Shown here: positions 25,827 through 38,457 of the stretch, in pieces
Layout: each line of letters opens with the position of its first letter
How positions within the stretch are numbered: the stretch's first letter is position 1
From: Podarcis muralis
Taxonomy: Eukaryota
Assembly (NCBI RefSeq): GCF_964188315.1
Contig: NC_135664.1
Span: forward strand, 39,184,001 to 39,248,000
Reading direction: 5' to 3'
DNA: 64,000 nucleotides
The notes under the pieces: model-generated
Seen by the model: only the letters and a program-made list of their open reading frames with translations
Told to the model about the DNA's origin: nothing
The model's database searches: none
Program-made: the position numbers and the translations under genes

Positions 25827-27383
25827 ACTTAGTTCCTCCTTTTCCCTCTTCAAATGCTTTAGCATTAACAGTTCCACTGTGCAAGAAACACCAGCTATTA
25901 CTACGGAGGCTAGGGCTATTGTGCTAAGTCACCCAACTGTGTCAGTACTTTCTTCCACAATTCCCTCAGTCAGCATAATAGCTCGGCTTATGCTCTTATG
26001 TATTTTCAAGCATGACATGTTGCAAAAATTGGTCTTTGGTTTTCTGATATAAAACCAGGCCTTAGCTAGACTACTTGAAAGAAGTCTCCCCCAACTTTCT
26101 TCAGAACACAAAGCTTGAGTTTGATTATTTATTTCCCTTATATCATCTGTGGGTTCCCCCACCCCTTTTCTTTATCTAACTGCAATTTAGCTATACACAT
26201 TTAATTGAACTGAAATGACTGGGCCTAATGTAACCATGGCTATAAACTAATTCCGAAAGCTCAATTAGGTATCATTTTAAGTATCTCTTTTCTAAAAAGA
26301 ATACATATTTAACATTCACTCTTTACTTTTCAATTATTTTCAAGGAAAGAATTGTGTTAGTTATAATTAAAGAACACACAGAAGAGTGGCATTATCTCTG
26401 GACCAGCAGGAGTTTCCAGCAACAAATACAACCATGACCATTTTTGATGTGCACAAAGCTACTAATGGAAAAGCATCCTACTGTTTCAGCTATTTATTGC
26501 TAAAATCATGCACCATTGTGAATTCATCACTCATTCATTCATAAAATGAATAAACAGTTATATTGCCTCTTTCAAAATGTATGATAAAAACCGGATGATC
26601 AGATCTCCCACCTCAAAGATATTTCAGCAGCCTCTCGAGATACATGCTTAGTGCAAGGAGAAAGCAGTTATTCACACAGCAGGTTGATCCCCTGGCAACT
26701 GATTCTTCCCCTGATCTTTCTTATAGTGCATTCAAGAATCTCTTTCTCTACAACCACATAAGAGCTCTCTGCATGTAATTAGGACTTTTCTATAATATCT
26801 CTAAAGGTTTCACCCTGCAGATCACATAGCCTAGCTGCAGAACATAAATTTCTTTCCTGGGAGTGAGGAACTCTTTACACCATGTTGGGGAAAAATAGCC
26901 TCTGTCCACCTCCTGGATTTCTCATTGCACATCATTTATTGGCTTTATGAGATATTTTGCAAGTGAAAAATGCAACAAAAAGTTGCAGCATGGAGTTCTC
27001 CTTTGCAGTCCTCCAAACTTCTCCTGTCTTCTTCCAGGATACTCTCTTCCTTCCCCTCCATCCCAGCTTTTCATTTCCAGGGTTCCATTTCACCTCCTTC
27101 TTGTGCATGGATGGTGCTGTTTTGACTACATATGGGCTGGTCCTCCCATTAGGCAGAATGAGGCAGCTGCCTGGGACAGCACATGTTGGGACGGAGAATG
27201 GCAACAGAGTGCTACAGACCATGGTCTGACTTGTGCCCTGAGTCTAAGCTACCCTGTTGCCTTCAGGTGTACTGAAAGATGTTGTCCTATTGCCAATGTT
27301 GAAGGTTCAGCTGTCAGTCCATTAAGCTCCTGTATGTTGAATACAATCAACACTCTAAGAATGACAACTATTATAACATATAG

Positions 27384-27518
27384 CAGGGATGGTGAAACTG
27401 TGTGCCTCCAGATGTTGTTTGGTCCACACTCTCATTATCACTGACTGTTGGTCATGCTGGCTGAGGTCCATGGGAGTTGGAGTCTTACAACATCTCGACC
27501 AAGGGTTCTCCATCGGTG
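27384..27518. mobile_element. Short palindromic hAT-type MITE, degenerate
   Basis: CAGGGATGG...CCTCCAGATGTTG...GGGAGTTGGAGTC...CAACATCT. Confidence 0.6.
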
Positions 27519-29091
27519 GTATATAAGGCAGAATTTATATTGAGGAAAATTGAAAGGGTTTCCTTTTTTAATAAATTAGTATGGATCAGTAACAAATTCT
27601 CTTGATTTTCCAGCAATCTACCTCCATTCCTGCCTTATCTACATACTCTGACTTTCTGATATCACATGTTCCACCTATGGAAATTCTCTTTATACCCCAC
27701 ACTTCATATTTTGTGAAGAAACTAAGGATGCCTCAAAGTGGACAAGCTCCTAGCTTAAAAAAAATAAGAACAGTCTAGCAATGCCTCTTAAGCCTGCCCC
27801 ACAAAATTCCTATTTGGGAAATTTAAATATAAATAGGTCCTCAGTAAATCATCTCCTCAAGACATGTGATATCTAGGCATTCAACTTAAAATCATGGCCC
27901 TGGGTTTGTAATCTTTGGCATCAATTTTCACAAAGAGGAGCTAAACTACAATAGATGAATCCACCCTATCATAAGGCATTATGCTCAGATAGAAACCAAT
28001 TACTCTTTCCTTGATAGAATATGAATTCCTATGATAGAATAGTGGTTCAAGTTCAATTTGCAGCTAGTGCTTTCAAATTCCTGAATGCTACTTGAAAATT
28101 CAGAAGCACTTTGAAGACTTATGAAAGTCACAAAGCCAGCAAAGAATATCTCTTGAGTTCAAGGACCTACATTTTTTATTTGGGAGTTATTATTTTTTTA
28201 AAAATGGATTTAACTCTGTGCTGATAGATGTTATTTTCTTGAGTCTTTTTTTTCTTTTTAGAAAGTAAAGTTGTGGGTGTGCTAATGCAGACTTCATTGG
28301 CAATATTGTATGAGCCCCTTCCCTCTTTTCCATGTATTAGTGTTAACAAAAACAAAGCAAAAATGACTTCTAATACAAAAGTATTGACATATTACATCCA
28401 TCAAGTCTGTGTACACAAAGAATTAAGTTGTACCAATCAATAAGTGCACACTCTTTCACACAAACACTTGATATGCTTGTATCGGTGTTCAGTATAATAT
28501 GTGAACAAGTCTACTGCCACCATTGGATACGATCCTCTGATTATGTGTTGCCAAACTTATTATATTGGGAATATCAGCAGAAGAGAGCACTTTCTTCGTC
28601 TTTCCCATACTGCTCATCACTGCTGATGGGGGGGGGGGGCAGAAAGAGGGTGAGGTTCCAGGAAAAATGACTTTGGCAATTCCACCCACCACTGAACCCA
28701 ATGTGTTTGGCTTTAGACGTGACCCTCAAAACGTAACCCCTATGTAAGTTGCAGGCTTACTGTATATGATACATTACAGTCATCATGCATAATAGATTGC
28801 TGGTGGCTCTGATATTCACCCTATGATATTTAAACTCAATCACAGCTATATGCTTTTACAGCTGCTGCTATATACAGTTTTCCTATTCTTGTTTTGTATT
28901 ATTCTTAACAGAATAGATCCATTCCCAGCCTTACATCAGATGAGTACTGGATTATGCCATTGATACTAGACATTTCTGAGGGAGCTGGCCATGCAATCTT
29001 ATCCATGTAAGAAGTCCAAACAAAAACAAAGGTTGGGCTTGATGAGTGTTTGGCAAATCAGATGTAAACACCCCTAGTCCTAATCATGCTT

Positions 29092-29450
29092 AAAGGTAAA
29101 GGGTAAAGGGTACCCCTGACCATTAGGTCCAGTCGTGACCGACTCTGGGGTTGCGGCACTCATCTCGCTTTATTGGCCGAGGGAGCAGGTGTACACCTTC
29201 TGGTTCATGTGGCCAACATGACTAAGCCACTTCTGGCAAACCAGAGCAGTGCACGGAAATGCCGTTTACCTTCCCGCTAGAGCAGTACCTATTTGTCTAC
29301 TTGCACTTTGACGTGCTTTCGAACTGCTAGGTTGGCAGGAGCAGGGACGGAGCAATGGGAGCTCACCCCGTCGCGGGGATTCGAACCGCTGACCTTCTGA
29401 TTGGCAAGTCCTAGGCTCTGTGGTTTAACCCACAGCGCCACCCGCGTCCC
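29092..29450 (-). mobile_element. Sauria SINE, subfamily B, full length
   Basis: Head CAGCGCCACCCGCGTCCC and AAAGGTAAAGGG tail. Confidence 0.94.
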
Positions 29451-31397
29451 TTGGAAGTAAATACTGCTTCTGGTAAATTCCACATGAGCATGCTTCCAAT
29501 TGCACATAAGTAGAATAAAGAACCTTTTATGTCACTAGCAGTACAATCCTATGCGTGCTACTTGGAAGTTCCTTTGAGTTCAGTGTGACTTAGTCCCACG
29601 TAAGTTTGCCTAGAATTGCAGTTTAATGAGGTTTTATGCTGGGCATACACTAGCTGATGTCATGCTATTGTAGCTTCTGAAATTGCTGTGAATTTTGGAG
29701 GAGGATGAAGCCAAACACTCGCAGATGTTTTCTTTCTTGCAAACTTGCAGGGAGCGTTGAACCCTAGTATAAAGTGCTATGGTTAAAAAAGAAATATTTT
29801 TATAGAGCTTTGCTTGCAGAGTTTCAGTTAGTAATTATTAATCTCTACAAAGTCTTTCTTGTCTTTTTACCTTAGCACTTCATCGATGTAGTCAATTTTT
29901 TTTCAGGGGAAAAATAATCTACGGGAATTACATTTCCCTTCCCCTTGCACCCTATAAAACTCACAGTAGTATCAGAAACTAAAAAGGCAGAAGTGATGTC
30001 TCTTTCTACCTTACTGAAAGTGTAGCTAAATCCATTCAATCTCTGCTACAAATTAAAAAGCAGATGATAGAGTAAGAACTCCCTTTTGACTCTTCCCCTT
30101 AGCTATCTGCATTCTTGTTATGTAATGCATCCTGTTTGTATCAACTTTTATTGGTTCGTAACTGTCATGAATTATTTATTCATTCTAATTGCCTTTTTTT
30201 TTTTTTTTTTTTTTGGTCCCTTGATTTAAATGTGTTCTGCAACTGATGGGGAGATATTGAACTATTTAAATTAACTTGCTTTATAACACTGTGTTATGGA
30301 TCAATATGATTTGTAAACCTTAAACGAACGTCCAACACAGACTCAGAATGCAGATGGGATAAAGCAGAGGTAAAACACAACAACAAAAATCTAGCACAGG
30401 TTCTGGCATGTTTAGGAATATTGTCTGGTATTATTGTCCAGCATTTAAACACACCTGTGTTCGGCATTGATCATTAAAACACAGCATGCTTAAGGTTTTG
30501 TTTTTTTTGGGGGGGGGGGGGTTTAAGCAAAATGAATTAGCAGGAAAATGCATATTGTGACCTGTGATTATTTCATGCAATAATAATAATAATAATAATA
30601 GGGCTATTTACACCACAAAAAGTAAAAATAAGGATAATATTGCATGATCCAGGAAATAACAAGATGGATTGATATAAGGGTTATTTTGGCAAAACACCAA
30701 GCCTTCCCCATACTGTGCTAGCATGGAGGCATGCGTCTCAATCAATTCTACCCCTCAAGAACACACTGTTTAGAGAGATAGCATGTCTCAGTGCAACTCA
30801 ACAGTGTTTCACAAAATTGTTATGAGGTACAAAAACCAGTCGAAATGGGAGGTGGTCAAAGACAGAGCAAGAGAATGTCATTCAGCCACCATGGAGCCCA
30901 TTATATATATCACAGTCTTATATGCCCGATACATTGCCAAAGCCTGTTATAGTGAGATTGCAACTAACAAGCAGCATACGGGATACAGCTGTCTCTGCCA
31001 ATGTTATGCTTATTCTGTTGCAGCATCCATGGAAGCTGCTCTGCTTGTGGCTAGATAGATCAGGAGGAGAGAGGTGCCCAACACCAAGGAAACACAACCA
31101 ATTAGTATCAAATCTAGCCAGCGTTACACTAAACTGTAGGAAAAGGGCATGCAGGACACTGTATCACACATGTCCTGGGGGAATGTCTCTTTGTAGCATT
31201 TGAAGTCTACTCTCTTATGTTATGGTAGACTCTGCGCAATAGCCTACCACCCTTTTCCCTCCACTTACCCAGGAGCATGCATCTGCTCTTATCCCAGCTG
31301 GAGAAGGCATCAGGTAATATTCACATCCACACCATTTAAGGCACCTGGCTTCCTCTGAAGACTCCCAGGAACTGTTCCCTGAAAATATATCTATGTA

Positions 31398-31864
31398 CAG
31401 TGGTACCTTGGTTCTCAAACTTAATCCATGCCAGAAATCTGTTCCAAAACCAAAGAGTTCCATAGAAAGTATTGCAAAATGGATTAATCTGTTCCAGACT
31501 TTTAAAAACAACCCCTAAAACAGCAATTTAACATGAATTTTACTATCTAATGAGACCATTGATCCATAAATTGAAAGCAATAAACAACGTACTGCAGTTA
31601 CACAATGAATCAATCAACTGGGTTCCACACAGTCACAAAAACAAAGAAAAAAAGAGTCACAAAAACTAAAACTCAAAATAAATAGCAAAAACAGGCAGAC
31701 CTCAGCGGAACACTCAAATTGGAAGCTTAACACTCAAAACAGAAGCGTAACATTTAAAACGGAGCAGGTTCGGCTTCCAAAAAAAGTTCTCAACTTCCGG
31801 GTTTGCAGTGTTTGGGTTCCAAGTTGTTTGAGTACCAAGGCATTTGAGAACCAAGGTACCACTG
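31398..31864. mobile_element. Tc1/mariner (pogo/Tigger-like) MITE
   Basis: Perfect 22-bp TIR CAGTGGTACCTTGGTTCTCAAA with TA on both flanks. Confidence 0.92.
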
Positions 31865-32210
31865 TACATATTTATAGGGAGACATGATGTAATACTAACA
31901 TGATACAGGGTCCCATCTCACTCTTCCACCTCTTGCATTGCTGGGTCTTTTTCTACTGCCATTCATAACACTTTTGAATGCTATTCATAAACATTTCTTC
32001 CCCCGCCTTTTACTTACGTCCGTACCCATTTGTTGTTGTTGTTGTTATTGTTGTGTGTGTCCTAAGAGATCAGATTGGGGATGCTCCTAAACACTGGATT
32101 GGGTTTTATTTGCATAGATCAGGCGAGAGCATATAGTTATAGAAGTCACTCTATCATTAGCCAAATAGGGATATTAGAATTATTTAATTGGGATTTTAAA
32201 GTTTCCTTAC

Positions 32211-32298
32211 TGTGCAATTATGTCTGTGTCTACTCAGAAGTAAGTCCCATTGAGTTCCATGAGGCTTATTCCCAATTAATTGGGTATAGGATTGCAGC
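32211..32298. mobile_element. Short ancient palindromic repeat family
   Basis: CTACTCAGAAGTAAGTCCCATTGAGTT...TATAGGATTGCAG. Related copies at about 15565, 19670, 22790, 29540, 36019 and 48340. Confidence 0.6.
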
Positions 32299-32327
32299 AT
32301 TAATATATATTCTTTATATGTATATAA

Positions 32328-32684
32328 GGGACATGGGTGGCGCTGTGGGTTAAACCACAGAGCCTAGGGCTTGTCAATCAGAAGGTTGGTGGTTCGAATC
32401 CCTGCAACGGGGTGAGCTCCCATTGCTCTACCCCTGCTCCTGCCAACCTAGCAGTTTGAAAGCACAAAATGCAAGTAGATACATAGGTACCGCTCCGGTG
32501 GGAAGGTAAACGGTGTTTTCGTGTGCTGCTCTGGTTTGCCAGAAGCGGTTTAGTCATGCTGGCCACATGACCCAGAAGCCGTACGCCGGCTCCCTCAGCC
32601 AGTAAAGTGAGATGAGCACCGCAACCCCAGAGTCGTCCATGACTAGACCTAATGGTCAGGGGTCCCTTTACCTTTACCTTTACC
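32328..32684 (+). mobile_element. Sauria SINE, subfamily B
   Basis: Full head, (ACCTTT)3 tail, TSD TTATATG(T/C)ATATA. Confidence 0.93.
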
Positions 32685-34013
32685 TTATATGCATATAGAT
32701 GTATACAATCAATCCTTGTTTTGCACTGGGGTTACTTTCCAGATCCACACCCCCACACACACACGCTGGTGGAACATGCATAACCCTACTCTGCCCTGCC
32801 TGTGGTCCTCCCCATTCTGCCCCTTTTCATGACATTTGGAGACTGTTTCCAAGTTTGGTGCCATGCACACATGCATAATGGTGCATCATTAGGACACTCC
32901 TAAATCAGTCGTTGCCTGTATATTAAAAATCTATTCTCTTTAAACAGTAGTGTGTGTATCCTTGTATGTTATATGCATGCAGGAAAAGTAAACAGTTTTT
33001 CTCTCTTACTAATGCTGTTCCTTTTTGGCCATTCCTGACAATAATCTACATTCCTGATAGCATCAGGATTAACTTTTCTAATTGTGCTTGGTTTGTGCCA
33101 ACAGCTATCACTTTTAGCTCCTGTTACTTAATGGAAGAAAAAAATTCTGGTCACTAATCTGTTGGGGATCAGAAGGTTGGTGAAGGAAATTGAATTCAAC
33201 ATCAAAATAGATCTTCTGTGAAATTTAATTTTCCCCTCTAGGGGTTCCTTTGAAGCTTTGAGATTCTCTCTCCTCCTCCTTATTTCTTAGACTCACAGTG
33301 GGCTGACTTGGCTTCTGGATGTGGAAAGCTGGTTGTCTCAGATGAAGTGTATTCCCAGCTCTGAAAGACAAATGACCCCCTTCTGTTCAGCTACATAAAT
33401 ACTTCTGAAGACTTAAAAATTTAAGGCATGCTGAACCTGGATCTTTAGTTTCTCTAGAAATATAGCTGGTGCAATAGTAACAGAAGCCTGAACCAAAATT
33501 GTATTTTGTTTCTCTAAAGGAAATGGGCTCAGACAATTAATTAATTATCCCACACATGTTCTATGCAGTTATTTATTTTAGACTTTAATCTGATATTCCT
33601 TCAAGGATATCTCCATCTACTTATTTACGAGGGGACACAACACAATCCCTTCTTACCTGACTGATACCAAACCTGTAATGAAGGCCCTATAGCTCCCCCT
33701 GCTTTGTTACACATAAAGCCCATTCATCAGCTGAGCCACAAGCTCAGCATCTAGACCAGAAATATCAGGAAGAGAGCCTTCATAGCATGCACCAAATAAC
33801 AGTTGGTAGAAACTGCATGGCTAAATGATGAACAGTGGTATCTCAGGTTAAGAACTTAATTCGTTCTGGAGGTCTGTTCTTAACCTGAAACTGTTCTTAA
33901 CCTGAGGCACCACTTTAGCTAATGGGGCCTCCTGCTGCCACTGCACCGCCACTGCACGATTTCTGTTCTCATCCTGAAACAAAGTTTTTAACCCGAGGTA
34001 ATATTTCTGGAGT

Positions 34014-34372
34014 GGGACGCGGGTGGCGCTGTGGGTTAAAGCCTCAGCGCCTAGGACTTGCCGATCGAAAGGTCGGCAGTTCGAATCCCCGCAGCGGGGT
34101 GCGCTCCCGTTGCTCGGTCCCAGCGCCTGCCAACCTAGCAGTTCAAAAGCACCCTGGGTGCAAGTAGATAAATAAGGACCGCTTACTAGCGGGAAGGTAA
34201 ACGGTGTTCCGTGTGCTGCGCTGGCTCGCCAGATGCAGCTTGTCACGCTGGCCACGTGACCCGGAAGTGTCTGCGGACAGCGCTGGCCCCCGGCCTATAG
34301 AGTGAGATGGGCGCACAACCCTAGAGTCTGTCAAGACTGGCCCGTACGGGCAGGGGTACCTTTACCTTTACC
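34014..34372 (+). mobile_element. Sauria SINE, subfamily A, nested in a MITE
   Basis: TSD TAATATTTCTGG at 33999-34010 and 34373-34384. Confidence 0.95.
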
Positions 34373-34399
34373 TAATATTTCTGGGTTAGTGGAGTCTGT

Positions 34400-34652
34400 T
34401 AGTGGAGTGTCTGTTAGTTAGTGGAGTTAGTGGAGGTTACTGGAGCAGCTGGAGCGAAGAAAGAGGGAAATCCTCGGCCGCACTGGCCCTAAATAGCGCG
34501 GGCCACACCTCCCGGGCCAGCCGATTGGCTGGCAAGGGAGATGATGCATCCGAGGATTCCCCTAGTTTCACGGGGGCTTTGAGCCAGCCCCCGTGCATGT
34601 GGGGAGGGTGTGAAGCGTGCAACCCCACCTCCTCTCCAGCTCGGAAGTGGTT
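34400..34652. other. GC/CpG-rich self-complementary insert of unknown origin (possibly a DIRS/Ngaro-like terminal repeat)
   Basis: Absent from the other copies of the host MITE; several nested inverted repeats; no TSD. The family assignment is inference only. Confidence 0.5.
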
Positions 34653-34749
34653 TAACCTGAAGCGTATGTAACCTGAAGCGTATGTAACCCGAGGTGCCAC
34701 TGTATTGGCAAAGAAGTTGAGAATATGCAAAATAGTAGCTGTTATTTTG

Positions 34750-35284
34750 TGTCCAGAGACCAGACTGAGGATTACAGCTCTGAAGAGGAATGATTGGAAA
34801 CCCCCCCCCCCTCTTCCTGCTTCTGACCAGGATCCTGAAGCTGCTCTGAAACAACGGAACAGTATAGATTTAGAGAATTGGTTTGCAGAGGGACATAGTT
34901 TGGAAAACAACAGCTGGGCAGAGCTGAGTGGGGAACAGCTAGGAGAAGCAGAACAGGAAGAGAGAGAGATAACTGACTCCCCTTCGCTAGAAAGTATCCA
35001 GCCTCTATCTCCAAGGGCAAGGAGAGCTGATAAGGTTGCTATGCAGAAGGCTCAGTGGTTGCGAGATCAGGTTTCAAGAAGGGGGAAGTGACAGAGATAA
35101 CTTGGGGGTGGGGGAAGTAGGAGGGAAGCTTAACTGGGAGCACCTTTCCTCCGAGAATGGCTGCATTGTTCTTTTGCTCTGACCATTAAACACTCTTAAA
35201 CTAGTAAGAGACTTGAATTGCTTTGTTCTGCTGATGCACAGCTAAAGGGGGGCAGAGAGAGAAGCCATTCTCCGAAGCCTGACA
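34750..35284 (+). mobile_element. Solo LTR (Gypsy-like), 535 bp
   Basis: TGTC...GACA termini, perfect 5-bp TSD TTTTG (34745-34749, 35285-35289), ATTAAA at 35185-35190. Confidence 0.88.
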
Positions 35285-36838
35285 TTTTGGAACCTGGGAT
35301 ATATCAGTCTTACTGAGCCTTTCTCTTCTCTATGTTAACCCCAAACTCGTTAATTCACCAAAACACCATATGGAAGCAGGAGCAACCTGGTGTTTGTATT
35401 ACAGTTTTGGATAAATATAGCAAGAGAGAAAAAGATCCACTGGAGTGGGGGAGGGGGGGAGAGCTCCAGCGTGATGCAACTAGAGCACTAAGAATAGACA
35501 GCATCAAACACCTTTGCGGAATTAGCTCAACCCTATCTTAAAACCAATCTTGTTATGGGTTCATGCTGTTGTTTCTTTTTGGAGATTGTTCCCAAACTTT
35601 ACATGCTAAGCAGTTTGAAATCTTCTTTTAATTCCTCATTGAAACTGATTAATCAACTTGAAGTTAGTAATCCCCAAAAGAATAATTTGTTTTGCATGCC
35701 AAAGGGGATGGCATTTTAAAATGCACCTTCTGTTTTTCTTCCTCTCCGACTCTGCTGGTTATCTGCAGAAGGCTTTCTTCAGATTCCAACATATTAAAAT
35801 TTAACAACTCGAAATCTCAAGGGATTATCATTTATAATTTATAGGGAACACAGGCAATCTGACATATACTTCCCTTTCCCCTCTAGCTCTACTGTTGTAT
35901 CCTTCCTCTCTTTACTGTTTTATAAAATATACAATTGTTTTCCATAGTAGTATTTTTTTTATTACCCAACAGATTTTTCCCCCTGTTACCTGCTGAAATA
36001 TTTCAAGATTCTCATGTTGCATTCCCACACCTACTTATCTGGGAGTAAGCACCATGGAACTCAGCGGAACTTACTTCTGAGCAGATATGTATAGGATTAT
36101 GTTGCACAAGTTGAAGTGGTAATATTTTTATCCCCACATATTAACGTTTCATTTTAGCTGATTGGATTAAGAGTTGTGTGGTGTTGCTACTTCTATTCTG
36201 TAAATGGGGATGGATATATTTAAAATATAGTGGGTGGAATTAAACACTGTGCAATTTGATTGTGTCATCAGTTTCTGCTTGACAAATGGAATGATCTACC
36301 CTTCTTCATATGCTGTTCTGGGGAGTTCTCCTGCCCCCCCCCCCCATTTGGATTGAAGGGCATGCAGGGGGAGAAAAGAAAGCCTCCTTGCATTAGTGGG
36401 ACTCATTGCACTTACTTGCACTAGTGCACCTATGTAGTTGAATCCAGCTATTTGAATTTTAACATCACTGGTTTGGAATACATAAGTCAAAAGATGAAAA
36501 CACCCGCCTTATCATACAGCAGTAAATTAGGCTGGTGTCACAGAAAGAAGCCTACGTGATTTTAAGTTTTCACTTATGGTACACAGAACAACTGGGGGAA
36601 TGGATTTTCAACAGGGTAACAGTGGAGGGGGAAAGCACTGAACTAAACTATTTGTTCACACACAAACACACACACTACCATCTTGTAAAATATCAGGGCA
36701 ATGCACAACATTACACATGCAATAAAACACAATTTAAAACAGTGCACAATAATCATGGGTCCCCTCAAAGAATCATGGGAACTGGAGTTTGTTAAGGGTG
36801 CTGAAAGTTGTTAGAAGACTTCTCACAGAGCAACAATA

Positions 36839-37081
36839 CAGCGGTACCTTTTGGTTAAGAACTGAATTCGTTCTGGAGGTCCGTTCTTAACCTGAAACTG
36901 TTCTTAACCTGAGGTACCACTTTAGCTAATGGGGCCTCCCGCTGCCACCGTGTCGCTGCCACACAATTTCTGTTCTCATCCTGAAGCAAAGTTCTTAACC
37001 CGAGGTACTATTTCTGGGTTAGTGGTGTCTGTAACCTGAAGCGTCTGTAACCTGAAGCGTCTGTAAGCCGAGGTACCACTG
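36839..37081. mobile_element. Tc1/mariner-type MITE, intact
   Basis: TIRs CAGCGGTACC / GGTACCACTG, TA flanks, subterminal repeats of GTAACCTGAAGCGTCT. Confidence 0.9.
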
Positions 37082-37919
37082 TACTGCACTTCCCAAGGAG
37101 AAGCTATGATTGTTAAATGTGAGGTTGTGTGGATGGGACCTTAAGCCCACACCAAAAGGTGGGTCAAAATTACACACTCCACACCCTTGGCGCTCCCTGC
37201 CTGCCCCAGGGAGCACCTGCAATCATTCCTCATCCTTTGAACACTATCATATAGCCACTGAGAAGCCTACTCTGAATTTATATTTCAAGTTTTTGTTCTG
37301 AAAGTAAGCCTACAACAGTCATCCGAAGCAGTGTAGCCAGAGGCACAGTATATAATCGGCTGAGCTAGCAGCTTCAAGGCACAACTGAAACTGCCTCGGT
37401 ATCTAATCTAATTGTATTCAAAAGATAATATTCAAGGGGCAGAGCAAGTAAAGATTCAATAAAAGCCCTGTCCGTTTTTTGTACATCAAAAATCCTTGTG
37501 CATGTCTGAAATTGATTATTCAATTGAGCAATCTCTGCAGCCCTGAATAGTCTTTCTGTAGTGTCAGCCAACCTTGAAACCTTTCTCTTTTTCAATTTGA
37601 CTATTAAGCAAGTCCTGCAAGTTACATTTTAAAACACTGAATTTCATTTTCAGAAAGGGTTCCTCTATAGCTGAGTTACAAAGAAGTAAGCCACAAAGCC
37701 TCTCTGTTAGGCTGCTGCAATACTGCAGTTCTCCTTCCACAATGTGACAGCCTACCTGCCCGGGCCTTGGTGCTGTTGCTACTGCGGGGAACAGCTGCAA
37801 CAACTCCTGTCCAGGACAATGTTCTAGTGGCTCCTTTGACACAGCACATAGCCATGCAGGCTTCAAGGACATGTAGGCTCTGTCTACCCAGGAAGTCTTC
37901 CCCTTCCCCATAACATCCA

Positions 37920-38315
37920 TTTTATAAATAAAATAAAGAAACATTTGGCTATATAAGCTTGGAACTTCCCTCATCTTCGACTAATGGTTTTCTAACTTAA
38001 TCTCTAATATGCATTTTGTTCTTATAAATATTACTATTAAATCACGATCTTAAATAAACAATTTGTAAATTGCATTTAGTGATAAATGATAATTTGAGCC
38101 TACAAAACTTCTTGTAGCCCTATTAGCGATGTCAATTGTTTACAGTTGTCTTTCAGATACAACATAAATTTATTCCAGTCTTTCAAGAAATTCTGGTCCT
38201 GCTGGTTCTGAATTTCCCCAGTCAAGTTCGCCAATTCGGCATAGTACATTAATTTCATCTGCCACTCTTCTTACGATGGTATCTCTTCTTGCTTCCATAG
38301 TTGAGCTAGCAAGCC
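37920..38315 (-). mobile_element. L1-clade LINE ORF2 C-terminus plus 3' UTR, degraded
   Basis: Minus-strand translation LLAQLWKQEEIPS*EEWQMKLMYYAELANLTGEIQNQQDQNFLKDWNKFMLYLKDNCKQL fits the squamate L1 ORF2 C-terminal pattern; in-frame stop. Confidence 0.75.
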
Positions 38316-38457
38316 ATCTGAGCAAGGAATATATGAAGGTAGCAACTGGCGACAGACTGGTGCAACAACACCTTTCTTATGGTCCCTGGAAGCAGAATAC
38401 TTCCTCCTAGACATCTGGTTGATTGTCACAAATGCTGGGACACATCCCTTGTTATGC

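Larger units (their letters stand above)
33833..34702. mobile_element. Tc1/mariner-type MITE (~243-bp family) expanded by two nested insertions
   Basis: TIRs CAGTGGTATCTC / GAGGTGCCACTG; collinear with the intact copy at 36839-37081 once 34014-34384 and 34400-34652 are removed. Confidence 0.88.

Noticed and set aside
34437-34910. Overlapping 121-157 aa ORFs
   Set aside because: They run across MITE, insert and LTR boundaries, so they are compositional artefacts.
37374-37974. Two adjacent minus-strand ORFs (136 aa and 73 aa) that read like helical protein, considered as a pseudogene or endogenous viral element
   Set aside because: No family motif recognised, different frames, stops on both sides, and the upstream part overlaps an L1 3' UTR. 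A tBLASTx search would settle it.
38100-38315. EEWQMKLMYYAEL first suggested a hAT/Buster transposase
   Set aside because: The wider context (LLAQxWKxEEIP..EEWQMKL..YAELA.LTG) fits the L1 ORF2 C-terminus better and is followed by an L1-type 3' UTR.
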